The notes: generated by a model from the letters alone, not told the origin. Numbered from the stretch's first letter, positions 1 through 9,747 are shown. The stretch: 64,000 nt of DNA from an uncultured Phycisphaeraceae bacterium (GCA_964494205.1 CAZBRD010000020.1:1-64000); one strand, 5' to 3'. Program-made: numbers and translations.

Positions 1-215
1 TTCCGCGAACCTCATGATACCGTGGGCGTCAAGGACTTTTTCAACGGGCTGTTAAGGATCAAAATAGCCGTTTTTTACCGTGTGCTCAAGTAAATTGACT
101 CGGAGCAGCCAACTTAATTTCACAGGTTTGACAAGGCGGGCGTGCATGCATCGGACCACTTCGACATTGGCATCATCACTTGCGATTCCTGTATCCCTAG
201 GTTATACGCGCCGCC

Positions 216-860
216 ATGAACGAGATCGGTCTCCAGAAATCGACGTTCGGGTGCATCTACGGCTTCCGCTTATTCACTTTGCTTTTGGGTCTGCCCTTGT
301 TCGGCTGTGCTTCCGGAACAGATGTCGGCAAGTGTTGGCGCGAGCGAGACGCGCTCAAACAAGATGTGGATCAAATGCAGCGCACGCTGGCCGACCGCGA
401 TTCGCAAATAAACGGTCTGCAACAGCAGATCGACAACCTAAGGCTATTCGGCCCCGATCGTCCCGCTGACGCTTTTGCACCCGTCAAAATCGAAATCACC
501 TCGCTTTCCGGCGGGGCTGATTACGACGGCAAACCGGGAGACGACGGTGTCAACGTTTATCTTCGACTGCTTGATGCGGATGGCGATCAGGTCAAAGCTC
601 CGGGCCAAATCCGTATTCAACTTCTCGACAACACCGACCTGCAAACGCCCCGAATCATCGGTGTCTATCCGTTCACGAAAATGGAAGAAGTTCGACATCT
701 TTGGCATGGCCGGTTCGGAACTTATCACTACGCCATGAAGTGTCCGTTTCCCGCAAATGTGCAACTGCCAAAAACGGGCCAACTGATGGCCACAGCAGAG
801 TTTGCGGATTACCTGACGGGAAAGACGCTAACCGCCGACGCAACGGTCCGCTTCAAGTAG
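216..860 (+). CDS. hypothetical lipoprotein with a coiled-coil segment
   Basis: 214-aa ORF. Signal peptide with lipobox-like LFGCASG. Q/L-rich heptad stretch (LKQDVDQMQRTLADRDSQINGLQQQIDNL). No catalytic motif recognised. Confidence 0.4.
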   Translation: MNEIGLQKSTFGCIYGFRLFTLLLGLPLFGCASGTDVGKCWRERDALKQDVDQMQRTLADRDSQINGLQQQIDNLRLFGPDRPADAFAPVKIEITSLSGGADYDGKPGDDGVNVYLRLLDADGDQVKAPGQIRIQLLDNTDLQTPRIIGVYPFTKMEEVRHLWHGRFGTYHYAMKCPFPANVQLPKTGQLMATAEFADYLTGKTLTADATVRFK

Positions 861-991
861 CTGCGTTTGACGGCCAAATATCATGTTGCTCTAAAGGCTT
901 TATTGGTATATACTTAAACCGTCGATAGTTTCAACGTGATCCCATTCTTCGCGTTTCGCGCGAGTGTTTTCGGACGCTGCAGGAGGATGTC

Positions 992-1339
992 ATGGCTGAC
1001 GATAATTTTCAGGGGCAAACAATGGACGGCGATTCGATGACGGCTGTTGCAGTGAAGGAAGCTCCGGCGAAAAAACCGGTGCCGACCAAGCGCGATCCCA
1101 AACCACTGCCGCCGTTCCGCGTACTCATCCACAACGACGACGTGAACAGCTTTGAACACGTCATCATGACGATCCTCAACCTCACAACCCTCACGCCGGA
1201 AGAGGCCTTTGAGCGCACGCTCGAAGCCCACGAGTCTGGGCTAGCATTGCTGCTGGTGACCCACAAAGAACGCGCAGAGCTATACCACGAGCAATTCATG
1301 TCGTCCAAGATCACGACGACGATTGAACCAGCTGAGTAA
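992..1339 (+). CDS. clpS: ATP-dependent Clp protease adaptor ClpS
   Basis: 115 aa. Core FRVLIHNDDVNSFEHVIMTILNL...EEAFERTLEAHESGLALL matches the ClpS fold consensus (ClpS-type YKVILLNDDYTPMEFV...A..HQ/AH motif). Preceded by GGAGGA 6 nt upstream of ATG. Confidence 0.8.
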   Translation: MADDNFQGQTMDGDSMTAVAVKEAPAKKPVPTKRDPKPLPPFRVLIHNDDVNSFEHVIMTILNLTTLTPEEAFERTLEAHESGLALLLVTHKERAELYHEQFMSSKITTTIEPAE

Positions 1340-1402
1340 GTTACAAGTAACGAATTACAAATTGCGTTAGGGTGGCACGGTCAAGCGATAGCTTGGCCGT
1401 GG

Positions 1403-2209
1403 TTAGATTCCACAAAGTTCCCGCAGCTTTTCTCCAACATCTTTTGCTCGTAACAACGATTCTCCGACCAGCACCGCGCAAGCACCAGCCCGCTCCGCCG
1501 ATTGAACATCTTGTCGACTCTTGATTCCGCTTTCCGCGATCCACGCCGCCTGACCTTCTCCGATCATCGCCGACAAAGTGAGCGCGTTATTCGTCGAAGT
1601 CTTTTGTTCCGCAAGGTCGCGATTGTTGATTCCGAGAAAATAGTTCGTCCCCTTTGGTGCCCCCAGCGCGCCCAAGGTTGCGAGCAGGTTTTCACTGGAA
1701 TGCACTTCGACGATCACGCCCATTCCAAGCTTCCGCGCGATGGGTAACCACTCCTTCGTTCGCTCGACTTCAATCGCCTCGACAATCAGCAACACCGCAT
1801 CCGCGCCGGCTGCTCTCGCTTCGTAAAGCTGGTACTCATCTACGATGAAGTCTTTCCGAAGTACCGGTATTGCCGCATTCCTTTTCACCAATTCGATGTG
1901 CTCCAGCGCCCCCTGAAAGTACGTACGATCCGTAAGCACGCTGATCGCAGCCGCGCCATTCTCTGCATACGCTCGCGCGATCGCCGCCGGGTCGAAATTC
2001 TCGACGATAACGCCTGCCGACGGTGAGGCCTTCTTGATCTCGGCGATAACTCGTATCGGCTCTCCGGTCTTTCGCATAAGAGCGGACACGAAATCGCGCG
2101 GTGGGGGGGCTAACTCCGCGAGCCGCTTCACCTCGTCCAATGACCGCATCCGCCACGCAGCCTCAACCTCTTCTCTCTTGGTGTTGAGTATGCGGTCCAA
2201 TATAGTCAT
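1403..2209 (-). CDS. trpC: indole-3-glycerol phosphate synthase
   Basis: 268 aa. N-terminus MTILDRILNTKREEV, IAEIKKASPSAGVI and the C-terminal IGINNRDL / IAESGI motifs are classic IGPS. Confidence 0.9.
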   Translation of the reverse strand: MTILDRILNTKREEVEAAWRMRSLDEVKRLAELAPPPRDFVSALMRKTGEPIRVIAEIKKASPSAGVIVENFDPAAIARAYAENGAAAISVLTDRTYFQGALEHIELVKRNAAIPVLRKDFIVDEYQLYEARAAGADAVLLIVEAIEVERTKEWLPIARKLGMGVIVEVHSSENLLATLGALGAPKGTNYFLGINNRDLAEQKTSTNNALTLSAMIGEGQAAWIAESGIKSRQDVQSAERAGACAVLVGESLLRAKDVGEKLRELCGI

Positions 2210-2214
2210 CGCCG

Positions 2215-3126
2215 ATGCTCCACGTTGAAACTCTCGTCACCAATCTATCGGCCGGCCTCGCCGCGCTCGTTGCTAATTCAGTGCCGGCTCACCCTTGGAC
2301 GCGTTACGTCGACTGGACAATCCGCATTTCCGCCATCGCCGGCGCCATCATCATCCTCGTGGTTGTCATAGCCCGCGCCTGGCGGGGCCAAAAACTCGCG
2401 TTCGTCGAGCGCCCCAACCAGTTCCGCGCGGAAACCATTATCGCCACGTTGGCCGCGTACCTGCTAGCCTCGTTGATCCTATTCCAACTGCTTCGCCTGT
2501 TGCCGATTCCCTGGCCGGAGGAGCGCTTGCAACTCGTTGCAGCCGCGCTGGGGCAATGCGCCGGCATCATCACCTGTTGCCTGTTTGCCTCAATTCAATT
2601 CGGCGGCGGCGTGAAACAATTCATTTGGGGCCGCCCTACGCTACGTTGGTCCAGACTTGTCCCGATTGTCCTTATCACATCAATCCTCGCCATCGGCATC
2701 TGCGAAGGCATCGTTGTTATGACGATCGAGATCATCAAGTATTTCGCTCCTGGCCACGTCTTTCGACCACATCAGACCATCCAGGCCCTTCGCGCTGTCG
2801 ATCAACCTTCTTGGGTCATCGTACTGCTCTGGCTAAGCTCAGTGGTCTTCGCACCGCTGCTCGAAGAGCCGTTCTTCCGTGGCCTCACGCAAACTTTCGT
2901 CGCCACCGCCACCCGCCGATCATGGTTTGCGATCACATTCACCTCCGTATTCTTCGCTCTAGTTCACTGGACGCAGACCGAAACAGTCCCAGCCATTTTC
3001 CTTCTGGGAGTTTTCCTTGGCTACGTCTACGAGCGAACCGGCGCACTCGCACCCGTCATCTTGATTCACATGCTGTTCAATCTCCGGACCATGATCTGGG
3101 TTTCCCTCGGCGTCAGCGATAACTGA
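2215..3126 (+). CDS. CPBP (CAAX) family intramembrane metalloprotease
   Basis: 303 aa, polytopic. Motif 1 EEPFFRG, motif 2 FFALVHW and motif 3 HMLFNL are the Abi/CPBP signature. Confidence 0.75.
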   Translation: MLHVETLVTNLSAGLAALVANSVPAHPWTRYVDWTIRISAIAGAIIILVVVIARAWRGQKLAFVERPNQFRAETIIATLAAYLLASLILFQLLRLLPIPWPEERLQLVAAALGQCAGIITCCLFASIQFGGGVKQFIWGRPTLRWSRLVPIVLITSILAIGICEGIVVMTIEIIKYFAPGHVFRPHQTIQALRAVDQPSWVIVLLWLSSVVFAPLLEEPFFRGLTQTFVATATRRSWFAITFTSVFFALVHWTQTETVPAIFLLGVFLGYVYERTGALAPVILIHMLFNLRTMIWVSLGVSDN

Positions 3127-3256
3127 GGTTGACGTTTCATCGCCCGACACTACGCTTACCCACGTCCGGGCCGCGGCTTTTCCGCCGTGCGCACCCCGGA
3201 AAACGACTGGTTTAGTTCGAGATTCAAACACATAGAGTCGATCAGAGAGAAAGAAC

Positions 3257-5305
3257 ATGGCGAAGAGTCTTTTCGGTGTCCTGCTGGTGGGCGGGCTTTT
3301 TTTGACGGGATGTTCCAACATGTCGAATTCAATCTCCACGAGCACCGCCAAGGCGCAATGGGAAACAGAAGCGACCCCACTCAATCGCTCTGCGGCTGAA
3401 CTCGACAATGACACCGTTCGTCATCTCGCCTGGGCGAAATCCCTCCGTGCCCGAATCGGCGACGTCACCGAAAAGCGCACCATCGAGAACACGCTCGTTC
3501 CCTTCAACGAACTGATGATGCACCTCGAAGCATCAGCCAGCGAGTGCAATCTCTTCTCGCGCGTGCACCCGGATAAGGCGGTTCGCGAAATCGCGGAAAA
3601 GAACGAACAGGAAGTCTCCCGATACATGACGGAGCTTAGCCTCGACCGAGATCTGTACGAGGCAGTTCGCACCATGGACGCCGCCGGCGCCGACGCTCCG
3701 ACTCGCTTCCTGCTCGAGAAGACTCTCCGCAACTTCCGCCGCGCGGGTGTGGATAAGCCAGATGACGTGCGTGCCAAGATCAAGCAGCTCAACGACGAAA
3801 TCGTCAAGCTCGGTCAGGACTTCGCGAAGAACACGGTGGAAGACGAACGCAGCATCAACCTCGCTTCCAAGTCCGACCTCGACGGACTCCCCGCCGATTG
3901 GATTGAAAAGCATCAGCCCGGCACGGATGGCAAGATCAAGATCAGCACGCAGTACCCCGATTACATCCCCTTCATGACCTACGCGAAAAACGGCGACGCA
4001 CGCAAGAGTCTGTATGCCGAGTTCAAGAATCGCGGTTACCCGAAGAATGTCGATGTCCTTCAGGGTCTCTTAACGAAGCGCTATGAACTCGCGCAACTGC
4101 TCGGCTATGAGAACTGGGCTGCCTATATCACCGAAGACAAGATGATCGGTTCCGCTACCAACGCGCAGGAATTCATCGATCGCATTTCAAAATCCAGCGA
4201 GCCTGCGGTTGCTCGCGATTTCGAATCCCTCCTAGCTCGCAAGCGCAAAGATGATCCGAATGCCAAGACCGTCGGCGACTGGGAAAAGAGCTACTACGAA
4301 GAGATCGTCAAATCTGAACAATACGCATTCGACTCACAAGCCGTCCGCCAATATTTCAACTTCAACGACGTCCAGAACGGCTTGTTCACAGTTACGCAAA
4401 AGCTCTTCGGCGTTCGATACAAGCAGGTCGATGGACTCGCCCTCTGGCATCCCGACGTCACTGCGTGGGATGTCTATGAAGGCAACACGAAAATCGGTCG
4501 CTTTTACCTCGACCTCCACCCGCGTGATAACAAGTACGGGCACGCCGCTTGCTTCGGTTATCGCGAAGGCATTCGCGGCATCCGCCTGCCGCAGCAAGTG
4601 CTCGTCTGCAATTTCCCAAACCCCAAGGACAGCAAGGACGGCCTAGCTCTCATGGAGCATGACGACGTCGTGACGTTCTTCCACGAGTTTGGCCACCTGC
4701 TGCACGCGATCTTCGCCGGCCGTCAACAGTGGATGGGCATCAGTGGTATCTCAACCGAATGGGACTTCGTCGAAGCGCCGTCGCAAATGCTCGAAGAGTG
4801 GTGCTTCGATCTCGAAACGCTTCGTTTGTTCGCGCGACATCACTCAACCGGCGAACAAATCCCCGCCGAGCTAGTTAACAACCTTCGCCGGGCTCGCGAC
4901 TTCGGCAAGGGCCTCCAGACCGCTCATCAGATGTTCTACGCGTCGGTCTCGCTCAACTACTACAACCAGAACCCGGCCAACGTCGACACAACGAAGCTGA
5001 TGGTTCAACTGCAGGATAAGTACAGCCCGTTCGAATACGTCGACGGTACGCACTTCCAGTGCAGCTTCGGCCACCTCGACGGCTACTCGGCCATCTATTA
5101 CACGTACATGTGGTCACTGGTGATCTCGAAAGACCTGCTGACGAAGTTCGAAAAAGAAGGCATGCTCAACCCACGCACGGCCATGAAATACCGCCACAGC
5201 GTGCTCGACCCGGGCGGATCGGACAAGGCAGAGAATCTGGTCGCCAAGTTCCTCGGCCGCCCGCATTCGTTCGAAGCGTTTGAAAACTGGTTGAATCGCT
5301 CGTAG
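3257..5305 (+). CDS. M3-family zinc metallopeptidase (peptidyl-dipeptidase Dcp / oligopeptidase A-like), lipoprotein
   Basis: 682 aa. HEXXH zinc site HEFGHLLH with the downstream EAPSQ Glu ligand. N-terminal signal with LFLTGCSNM lipobox. RBS AGAGAGAAAG upstream. Confidence 0.85.
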   Translation: MAKSLFGVLLVGGLFLTGCSNMSNSISTSTAKAQWETEATPLNRSAAELDNDTVRHLAWAKSLRARIGDVTEKRTIENTLVPFNELMMHLEASASECNLFSRVHPDKAVREIAEKNEQEVSRYMTELSLDRDLYEAVRTMDAAGADAPTRFLLEKTLRNFRRAGVDKPDDVRAKIKQLNDEIVKLGQDFAKNTVEDERSINLASKSDLDGLPADWIEKHQPGTDGKIKISTQYPDYIPFMTYAKNGDARKSLYAEFKNRGYPKNVDVLQGLLTKRYELAQLLGYENWAAYITEDKMIGSATNAQEFIDRISKSSEPAVARDFESLLARKRKDDPNAKTVGDWEKSYYEEIVKSEQYAFDSQAVRQYFNFNDVQNGLFTVTQKLFGVRYKQVDGLALWHPDVTAWDVYEGNTKIGRFYLDLHPRDNKYGHAACFGYREGIRGIRLPQQVLVCNFPNPKDSKDGLALMEHDDVVTFFHEFGHLLHAIFAGRQQWMGISGISTEWDFVEAPSQMLEEWCFDLETLRLFARHHSTGEQIPAELVNNLRRARDFGKGLQTAHQMFYASVSLNYYNQNPANVDTTKLMVQLQDKYSPFEYVDGTHFQCSFGHLDGYSAIYYTYMWSLVISKDLLTKFEKEGMLNPRTAMKYRHSVLDPGGSDKAENLVAKFLGRPHSFEAFENWLNRS

Positions 5306-5316
5306 GTCAAAAAGTA

Positions 5317-5345
5317 GGGTGGGTGCTTTGCACCCACCTTTTTTG
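5317..5345 (+). terminator. rho-independent terminator after the M3 peptidase gene
   Basis: GGGTGGGTGC-tttg-CACCCACC hairpin followed by TTTTTT. An A-run precedes it, so it may act bidirectionally. Confidence 0.55.
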
Positions 5346-5371
5346 ATTTTGTATTACGCCGAAAATCTGTG

Positions 5372-5406
5372 CTGTGCCGAGAATTCCTTCTCGGCACAGT
5401 TTTTTT
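5372..5406 (+). terminator. second tandem rho-independent terminator
   Basis: CTGTGCCGAGA-attcct-TCTCGGCACAG hairpin followed by TTTTTTT. Confidence 0.55.
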
Positions 5407-5507
5407 CATGACGACATCTTTTACAAAAAACCAATGTAACTCTTCGGAGATTCATGCATCAAACTCCGTTACGAGCAACCGTATTGGATCATCATGAGGG
5501 GATGACG

Positions 5508-5846
5508 ATGGCAGACAACAACACCCTCGAATTCACCGATCAGGACTTCGATCAAGACGTTCTGGACTCCCCCGTTCCCGTGCTCGTTGATTTCTGGGGA
5601 GAAGGATGCTCACCATGCAAAGCGCTAAGCCCGGTCATCGACTCGCTGGCTGACGACTATCAAGGAAGAGCCCGCATCGGAAAACTGAAATTGGACGACA
5701 ACCCCAAATCGTCCGTGAGATTCTCGATAAGCTCGATCCCGACCGTCATTCTATTCAACAATGGTGAGGTCATCGCAAAGTTTTCAGGTCTGCGCGGCAA
5801 GAAAGACTTCGTGGTGGCGATCAACAAGCTGCTCGCTTCGAAATAG
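5508..5846 (+). CDS. thioredoxin paralog with atypical GCSPC active site
   Basis: Alignable along its full length to the canonical trxA at 32211..32549 (LEFTDQDF..VLVDFW.E.C.PCKAL.PVID.LA.DY...IPTVILFN.G....KF.GLRGKKDF). WCGPC is replaced by GCSPC. GAGGGG RBS 6 nt before the ATG at 5508; the ORF-track start at 5454 is probably too long. Confidence 0.7.
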   Translation: MADNNTLEFTDQDFDQDVLDSPVPVLVDFWGEGCSPCKALSPVIDSLADDYQGRARIGKLKLDDNPKSSVRFSISSIPTVILFNNGEVIAKFSGLRGKKDFVVAINKLLASK

Positions 5847-5885
5847 GACTAGGTGTCGCAAGGAATTCAATTGCCAGCAAAACCA

Positions 5886-7277
5886 TCACCCCGGCTTCGT
5901 CATCGACATCGGATCAAGCGCCTTGTTCAATTCTGCATCGCTGAGGACTTTCTGCGCACGGGCAATTTCACGGACCGTTTTGCCGGTAGCGTACGCTTCC
6001 TTGGCAATCGCAGCCGCTTTGTCATAACCGACAAGCGGTGCGAGGCTGGTGCACATGGCGAGCGACCCTTCGATAAGCTCGGCGCAGCGTTCCTTGTTAG
6101 CCTCAATTCCCGCCGCACAGCGATCGTTGAATACCGACACGGCGCTGCCCAGAATGCGGATCGACTCCAGCAAGTTGTGCGCCATCACCGGCATCATGAC
6201 GTTCAGTTCGTAGTGCCCATCGCGACACGCAATCGCGACAGCCGTGTCGTTGCCCATGACCTGCGCGCACACCTGAATCAGCATTTCGCACATCACCGGG
6301 TTCACCTTGCCAGGCATGATGCTGCTGCCGGGTTGCGTCGCAGGAAGGATGATCTCCCCAATTCCACATCGCGGACCGCTGGCCAACATGCGGAGATCAT
6401 TCGCAACCTTGGTCAGCGCAACCGCGATCGTACGCAACTGACCGCTCGCCTCCGCCACCGCATCCTTCGACCCCTGTGCCTCGAAGTGATCCTCCGCTTC
6501 GACGAATTCGATGCCGGTTGATTGGCTGAGAATCGCACTCACACGCTTGCCGAATTCAGGGTGCGTGTTGATGCCGCTACCGACAGCCGTGCCGCCAATA
6601 GGCAGTTCACGAAGCGACTTGATCGCTTTCACCGCGCGCATCGCACTCAACTCAGCCTGCCGCGCATACCCGAAAAATTCCTGCCCCAGTCGCACCGGCG
6701 TGGCATCCTGCAAGTGCGTCCGGCCAATCTTCACGATGCCGTCGAACGCCTTCGCCTTGGCCGTCAGCGTCTTGTGCAACTTTTCGAGCGCGGGCACGAG
6801 ATCATGCTTGATCGCCTCCGCAGCCGAAACATGTATCGCCGTCGGAATTACGTCGTTCGACGATTGCCCCATGTTCACGTGATCATTGGGATGTACGAGC
6901 TCCTTCGAGCCGATTCTCCCGCCGCCCAATTCGATCGCGCGATTGCAAATGACTTCGTTGGCATTCGTGTTCGTACTCGTGCCTGAACCCGTCTGAAAAA
7001 TGTCGAGCACGAAATGCTCATCGAGCTTCCCGTCAATGACTTCTTGTGCGGCCTGCGTAATCAGTTTGAATCGATTCGCGTCCAGTTTTCCGAGATCGTG
7101 ATTCACCTTCGCGCCCGCAAGCTTGATCAAACCGAGCGCGCGAACATACCGCCGGCTGAACCGATACCCGCTGATCGGGAAGTTCTCGACCGCCCTCTGT
7201 GTCGATGCCCCCCAATACGCGTTGGCTGGTACGGTCATTTCGCCCATGGTGTCCTTTTCGATGCGTGTTTGCGTCAC
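5886..7277 (-). CDS. fumC: class II fumarate hydratase
   Basis: 463 aa. GSSIMPGKVNPVMCE signature and FQTGSGTSTNTNANEV. The Cys after the signature and the overall pattern resemble FumC more than aspartase. Confidence 0.85.
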   Translation of the reverse strand: MTQTRIEKDTMGEMTVPANAYWGASTQRAVENFPISGYRFSRRYVRALGLIKLAGAKVNHDLGKLDANRFKLITQAAQEVIDGKLDEHFVLDIFQTGSGTSTNTNANEVICNRAIELGGGRIGSKELVHPNDHVNMGQSSNDVIPTAIHVSAAEAIKHDLVPALEKLHKTLTAKAKAFDGIVKIGRTHLQDATPVRLGQEFFGYARQAELSAMRAVKAIKSLRELPIGGTAVGSGINTHPEFGKRVSAILSQSTGIEFVEAEDHFEAQGSKDAVAEASGQLRTIAVALTKVANDLRMLASGPRCGIGEIILPATQPGSSIMPGKVNPVMCEMLIQVCAQVMGNDTAVAIACRDGHYELNVMMPVMAHNLLESIRILGSAVSVFNDRCAAGIEANKERCAELIEGSLAMCTSLAPLVGYDKAAAIAKEAYATGKTVREIARAQKVLSDAELNKALDPMSMTKPG

Positions 7278-7490
7278 GATGGCTCTCCTGTAGCGGGCTT
7301 TCTAAACCCGAATTGTCTTATTCGATTCGATCTTAATCCCGTTAGGTCACATTTCTTTGCCATCTTTTATCATATCGACGGATGGACTCAATCTCGCTTG
7401 GCAGCGTAATGGTGCGAAGTACAATGTCGCCGAGCGTCATAAGCCGCCGGAACGCGGACACAGGTGGTTTTGGCTGCTCGGGAGAAAAGA

Positions 7491-7629
7491 CATGCTTGCT
7501 GTTATTGGTCTTGATATTGATGGATTTATTCAATCGACGGCGTTCATCGCACAGATTGCAGCGGTGGTTTCTGCAATCATTTCCAGTTTAGTAGCCGGAT
7601 TGTTTTTGCCGATTTTCGGCCAGGCGTAG
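7491..7629 (+). CDS. candidate small hydrophobic peptide (45 aa), possibly not translated
   Basis: MLAVIGLDIDGFIQSTAFIAQIAAVVSAIISSLVAGLFLPIFGQA. GGGAGA RBS 6 nt upstream. A terminator hairpin starts 19 nt after the stop. Codon third positions are AT-rich, unlike neighbouring genes. Confidence 0.25.
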
Positions 7630-7647
7630 TCGGCAGGAGAAGCAGAG

Positions 7648-7690
7648 CCCCTTGCGCGAGCAAGGGGAACTTTGTCCGTTTATTTCGCGA
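7648..7690 (+). terminator. hairpin terminator; member of the CCCCTT...AAGGGG palindrome family
   Basis: CCCCTTGC-gcga-GCAAGGGG followed by the T-rich AACTTTGTCCGTTTATTTC. Confidence 0.45.
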
Positions 7691-7718
7691 ATCGCGTTTT
7701 TTTCCTCGTGATAAAAAC

Positions 7719-8504
7719 ATGGTCGTAATCACTCAAAATGACGGTGGCGTCCGCACAATCACCCTCAACAGGCCCGATGCGCTAAACGCCTGCAACAACG
7801 AACTGCTCGCTGAATTGTCCAAGGCAGTTCGCGATGCGGAAAAAGACCCTTCGGTTCGTTGCGTCGTGTTGACCGGTGCCGGGCGTGGATTTTGCAGCGG
7901 TCAGGATTTGGCCGACGTAGCCGATCGCTACAAAAGCGATGCGCCCATCGAACTCGGCGCGCACCTGCGCGAAAAATATCACGCGACGATCGTCAAACTA
8001 CGAACGATGGAAAAGCCGGTGATTGCAGCCGTGAACGGCGTCGCCGCCGGTGCGGGCTGTAGTTTGGCACTGGTGTGCGATTTGCGTATCGCCGCCGAAT
8101 CCGCCAGCTTCATCGAAGCATTCGTCAACGTCGGACTCGTTCCCGACACCGGCAGCACCTTCATCTTGCCGCGCCTCGTCGGCCTATCGCGCGCGATTGA
8201 GCTGGCCATCACCGGCCGCAAAGTCAAAGCTGACGAAGCTCTCCGCCTCGGCCTTGTGAATCAGGTCGTGCCGGACGCAGACCTCATGAAGACCACGATG
8301 GAACTCGCCCAAAAGCTCGCAGCCATGCCCACCCGCGCGATCGGCCTAACCAAACGCGCCATGAACGCCGCTTGGCGCAACGATCTCGACGCGCAATTGG
8401 AATACGAGGCCCAACTCCAAACCACGGCCGGTCAAACAAGAGACCACCGCGAGGGCGTCACGGCCTTTCTCGAAAAACGAACGCCGAAGTTTGAGGGGCG
8501 TTGA
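7719..8504 (+). CDS. enoyl-CoA hydratase/isomerase (crotonase) family protein
   Basis: 261 aa. VLTGAGRGFCSGQDL oxyanion-hole region and AAVNGVAAGAGCSLALVCDLRIAAESA are typical crotonase-fold motifs. Confidence 0.8.
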   Translation: MVVITQNDGGVRTITLNRPDALNACNNELLAELSKAVRDAEKDPSVRCVVLTGAGRGFCSGQDLADVADRYKSDAPIELGAHLREKYHATIVKLRTMEKPVIAAVNGVAAGAGCSLALVCDLRIAAESASFIEAFVNVGLVPDTGSTFILPRLVGLSRAIELAITGRKVKADEALRLGLVNQVVPDADLMKTTMELAQKLAAMPTRAIGLTKRAMNAAWRNDLDAQLEYEAQLQTTAGQTRDHREGVTAFLEKRTPKFEGR

Positions 8505-8569
8505 ATGGAAAGCACACTTACTGGGAACCCAAAGCTTCAGACGACAATTTATCGCACAGTAGCTAGATA

Positions 8570-9016
8570 CTATTGCCCCGCCTGATACGCCTTCTCTCTC
8601 GTCTCTTCCGCCCGGTTCACCACTTCCTCTGCTGTCGGGATCTCTTGCGGCTCAAGATCGAAGTGTCGCGCTCGTCGGTCGTGAACTTCCCAAGGCCAAA
8701 GCACTTCGACGAAGAAATCGAGCGGTACGATCTGATACCACGGCGCGTCAATCTGCCAGTTGGACTCGACTGTCTTGTAACCTTCCTTGCGAATCACCAC
8801 GTCATAGTCGCCATACCAAAGGAAATCCGTCGAAACCTGGCTACGGCCGATTTCTTGATCGTTGAGGTACACGCGAGCGTTCGGCGGCTCGGTCGTAATG
8901 GTGATTGTCCGACGGATACATGCGGAATTTGAAACGAGGCAAAATGTCAGAGCGCATAAAGCTACTAAAGGCGTGACCGATGCCTGAACAGGATTTCTAA
9001 CTACTCGACGTTGCAT
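8570..9016 (-). CDS. lipoprotein with PEGA-like domain
   Basis: 148 aa. Signal plus lipobox LVSNSAC. TITTEPPNARVYLNDQEIGRS...YDVVIRKEGY resembles a PEGA beta-sandwich domain. The overlapping + strand ORF 8573..8932 is rejected. Confidence 0.45.
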   Translation of the reverse strand: MQRRVVRNPVQASVTPLVALCALTFCLVSNSACIRRTITITTEPPNARVYLNDQEIGRSQVSTDFLWYGDYDVVIRKEGYKTVESNWQIDAPWYQIVPLDFFVEVLWPWEVHDRRARHFDLEPQEIPTAEEVVNRAEETREKAYQAGQ

Positions 9017-9202
9017 CCAATTTCTCCGCGCCAGCTGGTGTGCGTCAGCAGTTTCCGAAACGGATGATTGATAACGTAATCGTCGGATACCACTGACTCA
9101 CTAACCGCCGTCGCAAGGATGGCCACGGTAAGGCGATTCGTCAACTGTCTAGTTGGCGAATGATAAAGATATGAAGTCGATTACCGATTTAGGGATTGTA
9201 TC

Positions 9203-9637
9203 TTATCGATGCCCGTGCAAATATTCGTTCAGATACTCGATCGTTGTCTGCTGATCCGCCACTTCGCTCGCGAGGATATCGCCGGACGAAATCATTCCAT
9301 ACAGCCGACCATTTTCCACGACCGGTAAGTGGCGAATGCGTTTTTGCGACATCATCGCCCGGCATTCCGCCAACTTCGTGTCGCGACGACAGCACGCCAT
9401 CGGCGCCGTCATAACCTGTTCGACCGTCGTGGTGGCTGGATCTTTCCCTGCCGCCACGATTCGATTGAGAATGTCGCGTTCGGTGAAAATCCCGACCACG
9501 CGATCGCCGGTCGTCGCCACCACCGCGCCAATATGTCGCGCGTTCATGATCTTGGCTGCGTCAAGCACGCTGGCCTTAACATCGACAGTCGCTACATCCG
9601 TGCCTTTTTTGTCGAGAATGGATTGGGCTGTGGGCAT
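9203..9637 (-). CDS. CBS-domain pair protein
   Basis: 144 aa. Two CBS repeats (IMNARHIGAVVATTGDRVVGIFTERDIL and MSQKRIRHLPVVENGRLYGMISSGDIL). Confidence 0.75.
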   Translation of the reverse strand: MPTAQSILDKKGTDVATVDVKASVLDAAKIMNARHIGAVVATTGDRVVGIFTERDILNRIVAAGKDPATTTVEQVMTAPMACCRRDTKLAECRAMMSQKRIRHLPVVENGRLYGMISSGDILASEVADQQTTIEYLNEYLHGHR

Positions 9638-9747
9638 GTGATGATCTCCCTTTCGCCCCGCATTGTCCGTCGCGCCGCGCGATGTTGCAACACGAAAATC
9701 CGCTAGTAAACAACATTCCTCGCGACCAATAAGAACGCACCGTCCAC

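Noticed and set aside
2295-3122. 275-aa R/H-rich ORF in an alternative frame overlapping the CPBP protease gene (and similar frame-shifted ORFs 4251..4646, 5853..6521, 6522..6986, 36571..37071, 47932..48903, 59142..59789, 60111..60794, 25940..26605, 42597..43067, 52342..52857)
   Set aside because: High-GC genomes generate long spurious ORFs in alternative frames and antisense to real genes. These have Arg/His/Pro-rich low-complexity translations, no RBS, and overlap strongly supported genes.
7357-7629. 90-aa and 69-aa ORF-track calls extending the small hydrophobic ORF upstream
   Set aside because: The extensions have no RBS and a hydrophilic, compositionally odd N-terminus. Only the RBS-supported 45-aa core is reported, and even that with low confidence.
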